Assembly (NCBI RefSeq): GCF_037042905.1
Contig: NC_087251.1
Coordinates: 24,058,001-24,122,000 of the forward strand
Length of the DNA: 64,000 bases
Origin: Lytechinus pictus
Taxonomy: Eukaryota
Direction: 5' to 3'
The position numbers and the translations under genes are program-made. Below the pieces are notes generated by a model. The model worked only from the letters and a program-made list of their open reading frames with translations. It was not told the origin of the DNA and did no database searches. Position 1 is the first letter of the stretch, and the number at the start of each line of letters is the position of its first letter. Positions 38,824-50,934 of this stretch are shown here, one piece after another.

Positions 38824-40810
38824 GTGAGATCATTTAAAGAACAATCTCAAAGACTTTGATAGTCTGCTTGGAACTATTTGGAATGAAGTTTCTTCTTTGT
38901 TCAATTAATTTACTGATGAGGCATGATATTCTGACAATTTTGACCTTTCCTTCAATTTTTATTTGTTCTCTGAGTACGTACGAGGAATGTCAAGTCACGA
39001 ACAGATCAAATGTGATCAGTGATTTCTAAGTTTTGTTTTGAATTTTACACACAGTCTGAGTTATATTTCAGACTGTTCTATTCTTTTTAAAGAGAATGAA
39101 TAACACAATCCGACACAAATGCACCTTAATCACAATTCTCACAATAGATAACAACACAGCACAAAATTTCTGCATGATTTTCAAGCATGAACCTGCATGG
39201 CACATATAGATGGATCAATGCTTGCAATTAAAACATCATTTTGCATCTATAGTGAGCGTATGCTGTTTGCATTCTCTTCTTTCTCTGTTTGTGACTTATT
39301 AATCTTTTGAACTGTAATTTCATATTTTGACGGATATAATCAATTTGAACAGGGCATGAAGCATGCTTATTCAAACTTACCATTATTATTCTACTAACAC
39401 AACTAACACAGCCTGGACAATTGATGTCTAATATTGTGTTCATATATATTCAACTTTGTTGATATAGTATTAGCATGCTAACTTTGAAATTCAATTGACT
39501 ATATTGTGTCACTTAATTTTGGAAATATTGAAACTGGTTTTTGTTTTCATTTTGATTTGAAAACAAACAAAATTAATCTATCAATATTAACTCATTGTAA
39601 ATTGCAATGTTGTTATTTAAGATTTTTTTTCTGAAGAGGACTTTGAATGTTCAAAAAGGAAGATCCAAATTCCATATCATATTTTGTGCAATACAATTTA
39701 GAAATGAGCCTTTTTCATTAAGAATAAGTGGGAAATTAAGAATTTGAAGGAGAAAGTCAAAATTAAGTGGGGAAAGAAGTTTTATTTGTAGGTTTATCTT
39801 TCTTGAAAAGAATTTCTGTAAAATTTCTTCTTTTCTTCGATTCAACCAGAATGGATGCTGCCTTCCAAAACATTGAAAAGCTGCTTCCTTCTTGAACTTT
39901 TTATAGAATGGTTGAGAAACCAACTTTCAACCTCTTTTCTAATTCTTACTACATTTCTTTCTGAAAAGATAAGCTGGAAAATGCTAGATATCATTTTTCT
40001 TGTTTATGCTATGGTTCCTTTTGTCAGGTCATCTCAATGCGAAGTAAATAATAAAGAAAGATACACAGTTGAATGCCTTGTTCCAGAATCATTTTTGTCA
40101 TGGAATGGCCTCTGATACACTGATGTTTAAAAAAAATGAGTCATCATCCATTGTACACAATGATATTGACGGTCTTATATTTTGATGCAAAGTTTGAAAT
40201 TAAAATATTTTGAAGAACTTTTGAAATTGAGGCTCACTTTGAATTTATCAAAATTAGTCTATAATAAATTAGTATGATTGTGAATTCAGTAATATATATA
40301 AGATGTAAAGGGCCCACTTGAATACTAGGATGAATATTATGACTGGGCCATCTTTTTCTACCATTGTGAAACAAATGTTGCAAATAGAATAAATTTAAGG
40401 TTTTTTTTCCAAGTTGATTCTTAGTTACTCATATATTTAGACAAGTCGAGGTCTGTTTATGACATATATAATTTTATCTGTGAATCATAAAGTTTCATCT
40501 TATCTTCCCTTTTCTGTTACTGGAAGTACTAAAGATATCTTATGTCAGTAGACATACTATTTTGAATAAAAGAGGTCTAAATCTTACCTTCATCACAAGA
40601 ATACTCTTTTAAAAAATAGTTTAATGAAACTCCAATAGTCCGAATGCATTATAAATTACAAACATTATTTTGGAAATGTTTATTCCATGACAACTGAAAC
40701 ATATGGTGAACCTCAGTTGGTAATTGAAGTTTTACTTTTCGATAATTTTGAAATATAAAATCTGAATCTCTTTAAAAAATTTTGAATTATTTTAAAAGAT
40801 ATATATTTTT

Positions 40811-41645
40811 TTTGTCTCGCCTGCATAGCAGAGCGAGACTATAGGCGCCGCTTTTCCGACGACGGCATCGTCAACATTGAAATCTTAACCAAGGTTAAGT
40901 TTTTGAAATGTCATCATAACTTAGAAAGTATATGGACCTAGTTCATAAAACTTGGACATAAGGGTAATAAAGTATTACTAAATATCCTGCTTGAGATTCA
41001 GGTCACATGACCAAGGTCAAAGGTCATTTAGGGTCAACAAACTTTGACCATGTTGGGGTTATTTGAGGAATTGTCATCATAACTAAGTTTATGGATCTAG
41101 TTCATGAAACTTGGACATACGAGCAATCAATTATCCTTGAGCATCCTGTGTGAATTTCAGGTCGCATGACCAAGGTCAAAGGTCATTTAGGGTCAACAAA
41201 CTTTGGTAATGTTGGGGGTATTTTTGGAATTGTCATCATAACTTTATAAGTCTATGGATTTAGTTCATGAAACTTGGACATAAGAGCAGCAATGTATCCC
41301 TGAATACCCTATGTGTGTTTCAGAAACATGGCCAAGGTCAAAGGTCAATGAAGTCTGGCCGTGTTGGGAGTATGTGTTGAATTGGCATCTTAACTTAGGA
41401 AGTTTATGGTACTTGCTCATGAAACATCGACATAAGGGTAATCAAGTATGAATGATAGTTTTGCCAATCCTTAGGTCACATGATCATGGTCAAAAGTCAT
41501 TTTGGGTCAATGGACATAATATTTTATTATCTTATTAATGTTTTCTTCTGTGAATAATTATTCATTAGTTGTTTTTCAAAGGAAGCACTGCTGCTATATC
41601 GAATTGCGTAATGCAGGCAAGACTGCCAGAGGCGTTCCACTTGTT
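40811..41645 (+). mobile_element. Helentron-associated non-autonomous element with internal ~160-bp tandem repeat (~4 units)
   Basis: Inserted in a T-run; subterminal IR GTCTCGCCTGCA / TGCAGGCAAGAC; 3' mini-hairpin then CTTGTT; units contain CATGACCAAGGTCAAAGGTCA. Confidence 0.75.
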
Positions 41646-42443
41646 TTTTCTTTTAATTAAAAAAACAGAAGTTTTAATACTTTGAACATACACATTACGT
41701 GATATTTATTTTGTGCTTAAAGACTCAAGAATATGTTGCTGACTATGACTTCCATGACATTTTTTTTTCAAATTAACAATTTCAAATAGTTTTTGTAATG
41801 GCTTTTATTGATACAAAAAATGAATTCCACCTGTACTTTACTTAAAATCAACTACATAAGTACATAGGTTAAAAAATTCATTTCATCTTTTGGATATCAT
41901 TTTCTCTGTGAGTGATGGCTTATGGTTAGTCTTCACACCAACTAAACAAAAATACAACAAAATCCAAGTATCATTACTCTTTGTTGAGAAAGTTCTTGAT
42001 CTTAGTATGGGAGACTTCATGAAAAGGGGAGCTTACTAAGTCCATTTAAGTTACAAAGTTATGTTATGAGTTTCAAGATATTGGTTTTTAGACCTGTATC
42101 ATTAATACAAGATAATATTTTAGAAGTCGAAAGGTGTACAGTTCATCCATTCAGGTTGACCTTTGACCTGACAGAAGGAACCTTATTCTTACACCAACAT
42201 TTTTTCTCTCTCATATTTGCACTCATGTTTTCTCTTTCCACCATGCATACCTGCCTGCTACTTCATCATGACCTTACTTGACCTTTGACCTCTTATCTTC
42301 AAACAAAATCTCTTCTCAAATCTTGGAATCTTCCACTCACTTTCACCTCCACACATCCTTTTCTGACCTATGAACTTTGAACCCTCTTGGCACGCTCTAA
42401 ATCTCTTCCGTGTATGTGTCACGGCAAACTTCTCTTCTCCCAG

Positions 42444-42464
42444 CATTTAACATAACGTACGGAG
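42444..42464 (+). CDS. NRXN: candidate 21-nt microexon (AFNITYG) in LNS4
   Basis: ttctcttctcccag|CATTTAACATAACGTACGGAG|gtgagt; phase 1-1, in frame. Confidence 0.68.
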
Positions 42465-43405
42465 GTGAGTATGGGTTTTTCTGCTGGACGACTGTATGCC
42501 TGTCTTTCATAATACCATTCTTTATCTTTGCCTTGCTATATGCATCTTAGGGCTTCCTCAAGCCTCTATCCCTATTTCTGGAATGACTCTTCATTTTCCC
42601 CATCTTCTTTGCCAATTCTCATCTCTCATCACTTTTTGTTGTCTCTCCTTATTTCTTATGTTTATTTTCTCTTTCTCTTCTTTTTTTCTCTCTCTCTATT
42701 TCTATTTTTTGCTCTCTTTCACACTAACTTTCTGTCTCCAATTTCTTGTAATGTTACTTGCTCTCTCTCTCAGTTACTTGTTCTCTCATACTTTTCTATG
42801 ATATTTCTTGTCTGTTCTCATTGTTCTTTTATCGCTGTTATGTTCTTTTAGGAAGAAATTCCTTTTGCCTTTTGACATTCTACTCGCATTTTTGAAAGCC
42901 GATAAAACATTGGCCATTCAAAAGCATTATGTTATGAAGCTTTGTCCTTGAAAAAGAAGACAATTTATTTTTGCTTTAAAGAAATACATTTTACAATGCA
43001 TCCTATCATAACTACATAATTATGTCAATAATTGTGACAATAACATTGTTCTTTGTGTACGCACTTGCCATAATCTCTCAATCATTAAACATGCTCGCCA
43101 AACATTGTGCATGCATAACATTCAACATCATTTTCTCTCTTTGTTAGCTCACTTCAAACACCTCACAATTTCAGTAGTCACATGAGGCTGTCATAATTGA
43201 AATCATATCATTTTTATTTACCGGCACTTGGAGTAGTAAAAAATTGTCATAGTAATACATGATAGTGAAGCACAAGCGAAAATTAACCAATATGACAATA
43301 GCAGCACACAAGCACACACTCATACAGTTTCATAATACTTTTTTATGCTTATAGGAGTGTTTGTTTTCCTATTGGTGACATTAACTCTACATTTTGATCA
43401 CACAG

Positions 43406-44173
43406 TGAGTGAGAATTTCCAGAGTGGTATCCTTGATTATCATTACATCGAGGTCGGAGGGGCTGCCAATCGTGACAGCATGCCAGATAACCCTGTCAAC
43501 TTTGTTGGTCACATGGAGCAGTTCCTGTACAACAACCAACCTTACTTTGACATGGCCAAGGCACGAGAACTTGATTACATCAGATTAAATGCGACCTTTG
43601 GTGAGAAGATGAGTCAGAGACCGAAGGTCAACCCGTTCACCTTCAGAACGAAAGAAGTCTTTGTCCAGCTGGAGACACCAGACTCATATCCAGCCCTGAC
43701 GCTTTTCTTCCACTTCAAGACGACGGAGCCCAATGGTCTGCTGCTCTACAGCAGCGGTGGCCGCACTGACTTCATCTCAGTTGGACTGGTGGCAGGACAG
43801 ATACAGTATGCCTTCAACATGGGGGCCGGACCTGTCAAGATCCATGCTAACACACCCCACAAGCTCAACGACAACAAATGGCACGAGGTGTCCATCTCAA
43901 AGAACAGCGTAGGTCGACATGTCCTGCAGGTGGATAACTCAATGAGTATTGCTCAGCCGTCATCCAAGGCAAGACATCTAGACCTGACCGAGAACCTTTA
44001 CGTTGGTGGAGTCGCTACAGATATGTACGAGGACCTACAGAGTGGAGTGGAGGCCAGGGTAGGCTTCCAGGGATGCTTTGCATCTCTAGAAGTCAATGGC
44101 AGGAAACAGGATCTGGAGGACTCAGCTATCAGCATCGAGATGGATAAGTCCAACCTGAAACGTGGCTGTGAAG
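43406..44173 (+). CDS. NRXN: alpha-neurexin exon (LNS4 end + LNS5)
   Basis: cacag|TG...G|gtatgt, 768 nt, phase 1-1; LFFHFKTTEPNGLLLY...LNDNKWHEV...LDLTENLYVGG...GFQGCFASL...RGCE. Confidence 0.96.
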
Positions 44174-46506
44174 GTATGTTGTATAATATTCCCATCACCC
44201 ATTTTTAGAGTAAAACAAATTATTGCAGAAGTATTTTCCTATTACCCCCCCCTCTTTGAAAACCAATCCAATGTCACTTTTGTTGTTAGAAATGACTCTG
44301 ATCACTGCTATTATGTTTAACACTATCTAGTGTTGGTGTTCACATACTTTGCTCTTCAATTCGGTATAAAAGATCTCTGACTCGATACTTCATTTTAATT
44401 TACGTCACTAGTATCCGAACCATTGCAAGTGGTGTTTTGTCTGGTGGAGAATGTCACTTATAATAAATATGTATCCCACCGCTGCCACTGTGTCATTACT
44501 GAACTAAGTAAACCAACACAAGAGGTACTACTTTGATCACATCTTAGTCTAATTTATTAAGCCACAAAACCAAGAAAGTAACATCACCAGATGGCACCAT
44601 ACACCACAGCAATCTGTCATTACTGACAACACAAGTAGCACAAGGTCTTAACAACATCTCTTAAGCAATTTCTAAGGAGTATGTAACCATAAATTTTCTG
44701 ATTGATTTTTTTCTTATTTGGATGAAGTATTGCCTTCAGTTGCAGCCAAAATACGACTATTGTTTACATATAGCTCCTTCCATTATTCTTTGTATCACAC
44801 AATATGATATGAAACCAATAGTTTATTATTTCTATCATCTGTAAAAAAAAAGTGACTCTAGGTATGGATTACACTTTATGAATATTTTTTCTATGAGTAT
44901 TGTTTCTTTTTTATATGATCATTGGAATCAAGAAGGAAAATCAGTTTCAGAGAGATGTGTAATTAGGAGTAAAATGAGTAGGCAAAACAGAGAGCTGTTG
45001 TTTCAGAGTAGAGTGTGTCCTTCAAATGACAGTTGTATCAATACACTTGTCTAGTGACATGAGAGAAGTTCCTCATCTTTGAAATATCAAGAACTACACA
45101 AGTTTTTCAGGAAGAGAATATTCTGGAGAAATTTATGTTTCATCCTCTAAGATATAGCAAAAGTCCTATATTTTCAACTGTGTTTGAAGTTCAACCAAGG
45201 TTTGGAAGCCAAGTCTATCCCATCAATAAGTTGAGTTGAAGAAAAAAAAGGAAAAAAATGAAACAAGAATAATGCAAAGAGAATGTCATCAGTATCAGAT
45301 ATGTGATAACAATGAAATATTCAATATCTATTTGTTTTTCTCCAATAATGTAATACAGGGTTTGACATCCTCTTGAATATATTAAATCTTCACAATTGTC
45401 ACTTACTGTAATTCAGTTGAGAACTTCTTCATCTAGTGAGAAGTAGGTATCATCAGCTCCCTGCTTATATACAAAGTGACCATCCAAATTTGAATAGCAT
45501 CTTGTATGATTACAACAACTTGATTAATTAAAACCATGGTTTATTAAAGATAAGGGCATTTTTATCATGTGCCTTTCTCATTTTTTTCTCCTAATTTACA
45601 TTGGAAACCAAGCCCCCCCCCCTGCCCCACCCAAACCTACCCTTGAGATCAGAGCTCCCTTTACATTGCAATATTTTTTATTGCTCGCTGACAATAGAAA
45701 GATGATTTTATAATTTCAAAGATGAGTAAGAGACCAAATGATGTTATGAATCAATAGTCTGTCAGACAGAATATTGATGATTCTCTGTCTATCTAAATAT
45801 CCTTGTTTGCTCCTGAATAAACAGTGATTTATCATGATAGTTATGCTGTCTTATTGATTTCACATTGGAGTTGTATTATCCCTATTGATTCTCAAAATGA
45901 ATCTCCATTGTTTCCCCAAAATCCTGCCACCTTGTAGATATCTTTTTATAGATTTTCAAGAAGTCAGTTTGATTTCAAGATTGAAAATTTCTGCTAGTCG
46001 CAGCTTGGCATTTTTAATTTTCTCTGATATGAAATTTTTTTAATTTATAGATATTTAATCGACTTGATTACCAAGTTGATAAGATAAGTTTGTTGAAGGA
46101 ACAATTCTTAATAAAACAAATGAGATGGTGGATACGTGTTACAAAAACTATAGCAAGAATGATAATTAATGATGATGTATTCTACAGCGCTAACTCCACA
46201 AAGTCAGGCTCTTATGGAACTCAAATAATAATTCTTTAATACAAAATTGTCCTGCATTCATGAGTTGACAAATTGTACTTTAAATTCACTTCTTAGTAAG
46301 ATTTGTATTTTGTTCTTATAAACAATAGATTTATTTTATAATTTATTTGATTTACATTAAGAATTTCTTGGCTCAGAATAAGTCTACAATATGATTTGCT
46401 CTTCTAAAGCCTGGGTCATTCAAGATTCATTATTGTAGAGCACTTAATTCTAATGAATGATAAGCACTTTATTATCATTTCTTCCCTCTTTCTCATCTTT
46501 AACTAG

Positions 46507-46626
46507 ATAATGGGGATCTGTGCCTAGCTGATGTATGTGCTAATGGAGGCCTTTGTATACCAGGTTGGAATGGATATAGTTGTGATTGTCGGATGACCAG
46601 CTTCTCAGGAATCAATTGCTCTGAAG
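46507..46626 (+). CDS. NRXN: alpha-neurexin exon (EGF3)
   Basis: actag|AT...G|gtgaat, 120 nt, phase 1-1; LCLADVCANGGLCIPGWNGYSCDCRMTSFSGINCSE. Confidence 0.94.
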
Positions 46627-47240
46627 GTGAATTATTTATTATTTTAGATGATAATACTTGTCTTGATAACTTGGACCCTGATCAGTTATCAGAGAGAGGC
46701 TTACCATCACTGTTTTATATTGGCAGGACTCATATGAAAGGAAATTTAAACTTACAAAAAAACAAATTCTACAAGGTACACCCATTTTTTTTGGGCTGAG
46801 ATAGTACAAGTCTGATTGAAAAGCAGTAATATCATATGTTTGACATGATAAATAGTGACATAAAATTAAATATAATCTAAATTCAGTTTTATCTTCAAAT
46901 GATTGTAAAGATCGCGAGAAATGGTGGATTAAAAAGTTGTGTTCTCTAATTCTATCAAGGACGTTGATTGCACTTTGGGAATATTCTGTCAAATAAGATA
47001 AAGTTGATGACATAAGAACAAATCTCCTGTTTTCTATATTTCTGTCCATTTTTTTAATTGAACAGAACTATGATTTACATTTACATTAAAATTCCAACTT
47101 CAAGATATATGTGAAATTGTAGCTTGCCAATGTTTGGGTATGTTTAAATAGTTTATGATTTTGTATTGCATTAAATGTTTCTTTAAGAAGGTAAGTAGAC
47201 TGATATGAAAAATAATATATTGCTCCTTCTTCTCTCCCAG

Positions 47241-47419
47241 TGAGTACATCCTTTGGTTTTGGTACTGGTGGTGGTCTCATCTCATTGGAGATACCTGAGT
47301 CTCAATGGTTACGGACAGACCATGATGATCTCAGTATGGGTGTGGCTACCAGGTCAGCTAATGCCATCATAGCCCGCATCGACAGTGCTACTTCTGACGA
47401 CTACATTGAAATGGAACTG
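47241..47419 (+). CDS. NRXN: alpha-neurexin exon (LNS6 part 1)
   Basis: cccag|TG...CTG|gtaaat, 179 nt, phase 1-0; FGTGGGLI...ARIDSATSDDYIEMEL. Confidence 0.94.
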
Positions 47420-48042
47420 GTAAATAATCAGAATCTTATGAAATTTTCTAAGATACATGCATATCACAAGAAAGCATGTAGTAGGAACCACTTGAATATA
47501 TCAAAATTTGCAATACTCTAAAATTAAGAGATTGAATTTGAACCTTATTTTGTTGAATTAAAGTTAGTGTTTAGTTATGCAGAAGATTTTTTTTCATTGT
47601 CCATTATGTAAGTACTAAAAAATCATTCTTATCAACAATTGATTGTAACTTATTTTTTTTATTCAATACCAGAAAATTACAGACAAATTCAAGATTGATA
47701 TTTCTTTTTTTTTAAATGGTATGGAAAGAATTATCCTGCAAATTCTGGATCAATCCAAAGTTAGTCATAACAACAAAACTTATCTGACATAATTCACCAG
47801 ATGAAATAGTTTATAATGGAAATCACTAGCTAGGAGGTTTTGTGCAATTTGTAATATTACTTTTAAAACTGAAGAATCTGTCAGTAGTAACATTAAAATA
47901 AGGTTGTTTTTTAGAAGTATGTTGTACTGACTGGCATATTCCTTAGAAACAGTGCAAGCATAGATATGAATATCTCTGGTACGACCAATAACACTTCTTG
48001 TAGATTGATACAATCTTGTTCTAATCACTTTACCTCTTTAAG

Positions 48043-48214
48043 GTAAATGGTTATCTCTGGACCATGTACAACTTTGGATCAGCTGACCACATGATCAGTG
48101 ATGACGTCAATCGCATCAACGATGGCGCATATCACGTGATTCATTTCTCAAGGACCGGGGCCAACGCTTCTCTGCAGATAGATCAGTATGCTCGAGTTTA
48201 CAAGACACCGAAAG
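48043..48214 (+). CDS. NRXN: alpha-neurexin exon (LNS6 part 2)
   Basis: ttaag|GTA...G|gtagaa, 172 nt, phase 0-1; INDGAYHVIHFSRTGANASLQID (neurexin [23 protein letters not shown]). Confidence 0.94.
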
Positions 48215-48610
48215 GTAGAATATACAATGAGAGTAATAATACCACATGCTGTTCTTATTACTACCTCATTGCTTTTTGCACTATTGAAACCAATATTTTG
48301 AGATGAGAAGGAATAAATAAACTTGCAAATGCTGGATGGTAACAATCATACTATGGTTTTAGACAGTTCTTTGATCAAAGTTGTAGATCCTTCCTTCACA
48401 GAGTTTAAATAAATAAGTTTTAAATTACTTTGCAGAAAATTTGTATGGATGGGTGTATTAATCACATCAGAAACTTCCTGGTCCAAATCATTTCTCTGGT
48501 TCGTCATGATACTTTTCTTATTCTTACTAACAAAATTTCTACAAGAAATTGCACAAGCAAATTTTCCCTGGTAGTTCAAAGAAATAATTGATTGATCCAT
48601 CATTTGACAG

Positions 48611-48981
48611 GCAAGCAGTCTACATTCTTTGATGACCAGGCAATGATCAACCTCGGTGGACGTGGTGATATCAGTGAAAGCAAACGAAAGAGGAGAAGAA
48701 GAGCGCCTTCCTCATCTCAGTTTGAAGGCATGATGTCTGGTCTCTCATACAATGACATGAGAGTACTAGATATAGCAGCGTCAGATGACCCACGCATCGT
48801 ACTCAGCGGGAATGTAGGTGAACTCCAGAATCCAGAGAATTACATCTATGGCTCACCGATACCAACAACGTCAGATGAGAGCACTATCTACCGCATCACC
48901 ACCACCAGGAAGACACCGGTATTACCACCAATACTCAATATATCAAGTACAGCAAATTCAGATCTCACATCTCCAACAAAG
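48611..48981 (+). CDS. NRXN: alpha-neurexin exon (LNS6 end + S/T-rich stalk)
   Basis: gacag|GC...AAG|gtaatc, 371 nt, phase 1-0; GKQSTFFDDQAMINLGG...FEGMMSGLSYNDMRVLD then Thr/Ser/Pro-rich. Confidence 0.9.
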
Positions 48982-49063
48982 GTAATCACAAGAAATTTAT
49001 TTTATTCACCACAGGATAGCGATGATTCACATCATTGAATAGTTTATAGGCGATAAGATTATA

Positions 49064-49217
49064 TAGGGGAGATCGGGGTAAGTTGAAACATTGTAATTTT
49101 CTTTAACGCCTGTAAAATAAATTTATGCAATACTGCCGTCAATTTATTTTACAGGCGTTAAAGAAAATTAAAATGTTTCAACTTACCCTGCGTTCCAACT
49201 AACCCTGATCTCCCCTA
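49064..49217. mobile_element. palindromic MITE (Tc1/mariner-pogo-like)
   Basis: TAGGGGAGATC...GATCTCCCCTA; inner ~48-bp near-perfect inverted repeat. Confidence 0.75.
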
Positions 49218-49576
49218 CCTATAATATGATAAAGGTTATTGAATCTTATTGGTAAATAACAAGTATAGTGTTTCATTTGAATAATAGCAGAATAAAACCA
49301 ACAGTGGATTTTTATCAAAGTTCCAAAAGAGGCCTTTGAAGTAGATTTTAGATTGTGCATGAAAATAATGCACAATAATATTCAATCCCTGAGTGGCTCA
49401 AATTGAATTATAAACAAATATTCTTTCTTGTGGGAAGTAAAATATCCATATCTTCATAAGTGTTGATGGAAGTGTGTTATTAAAGAATTACATTGTACAA
49501 AGTTTTTGTTTTATGGATATTGATCTCAATCATAAAATTAAACCATCTCAATTTGTGCATATTTCATCTTGAATAG

Positions 49577-49700
49577 ATCACAATGTCAATAGCACCTACA
49601 TCCGATGGTGAATACACACCTGATGATCAAGATATTATATTTGTAACTGGATCTGGATGTTTGTCTGATGTTCCAGAGGACTGTTCTCCACAAGCTGCAG
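49577..49700 (+). CDS. NRXN: alpha-neurexin exon (stalk, HS-site/Cys-loop 1)
   Basis: aatag|ATC...G|gtaagt, 124 nt, phase 0-1, bridges the phases of the flanking exons; DDQDIIFVTGSGCLSDVPEDC (not in ORF track). Confidence 0.9.
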
Positions 49701-50934
49701 GTAAGTTAGGGATATCATGATGACGTATACTCGGGTGTCTAGGAGTTCCCAAAGGGGTGGGTCCTCAAAAAAGTGGGACATATGCCCCCTTTGCCCACAG
49801 TTGAGACATACAGATCATCGGCGTTCATCCGAACTGTCGTATTAGTAAATTTTGGTCCCAAAAAAAAATTGATTTTGAGATTTTTTGCAGAAAATGAAAA
49901 AGTCCTATTATATTCATAACTACATTTCTAGGCAGCAATTTATTTTAGTTTCTGAGATATTTTGAGTTTTTCATGGCGATGCCACGCAAATTGTTGATAA
50001 AATGCCCAAATCCCATAGGAAACGTGTACTGTAGCAAAGCAAACAACAGCTGCGCGCACTTAATTTGCAAATGCGCGGTCAGTCTTACCGTCGTATCGAC
50101 ACTGCATTGACTTTGCACATGAAAAAAAATGATACTACGTTTTGACTGATCGCGCGCATTGACATCATGGTTAGGGTTGTTGTATCCCCCTTTTTTTTTT
50201 GTACAGGGAAACTCTCAACCGCAAGTTTCGGATGACCGCTGAAAATATGGTTGAAATTGATCATCTCAATGAATGTGTAAAATGTATGGGTGTTACCAAT
50301 TGTTAGCTTATAAAACAAAGTCACAATCATTCTATTGAATATAAACTGAATGAATAGCTAATGTACCTAAGTGATATTGATAGGGTCCACTGAAAGAAAC
50401 TTGCAATTGCTTGCATTGTTATATTGGAAACTAAAATCAATCTTATTTTTTGCAATTGAATTCAAATTTGGAATCAGTTGCTTGTTTGCTGCTTCCTGCA
50501 GAAATGCTTAATTGTGTTGGTATAATCATATTTCCTGTATCAGCCATATTTTTTTCATATTCACAATATATATCCAATTGTTCATGTTTTAAAAAATCCA
50601 TATAGCCTTTCTACAGATGAAGGGATGTACTATATCACAATCTCCATTTTAGAAATCATATTTTTAACATGCATGTGCTACCAATTAAAATGATTGTATT
50701 CATTTGATTTCTTTGAAAATTTGAATTCTTATATGCAATTAAGAAGACCAGTGATGTGAGAATTAGCTATATTTTGTTAGATTTTACAATTGGATGTTTA
50801 ACTTTTTTTATAGACTTTTATTTTCCTTTATTTATTATTGTTGCTCTTTAATGACTCAGTTACATCCACTTTTTTTAAATCTTGCCACAATATTGATCAT
50901 TCATTATTTTGTTGCATCATCTATTTCTTTACAG

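Noticed and set aside
40908..41510. CRISPR-like or functional repeat array
   Set aside because: Units are full-length tandem copies without unique spacers, inside a eukaryotic transposon
43345..43405. Signal-peptide-like in-frame extension MLIGVFVFLLVTLTL (similarly MMTILSLLNLFFT at 36146)
   Set aside because: T-rich acceptor regions naturally translate as hydrophobic residues; the 43345 start would fall mid-LNS4; no promoter evidence
46627..47240. beta-neurexin-type first exon, or 3-nt microexon AAG at 47188-47190 (AAG|GTAAGT)
   Set aside because: Downstream intron would be only 50 nt; an in-frame TAA lies just upstream of the donor; no signal-peptide ORF in this 614-nt intron
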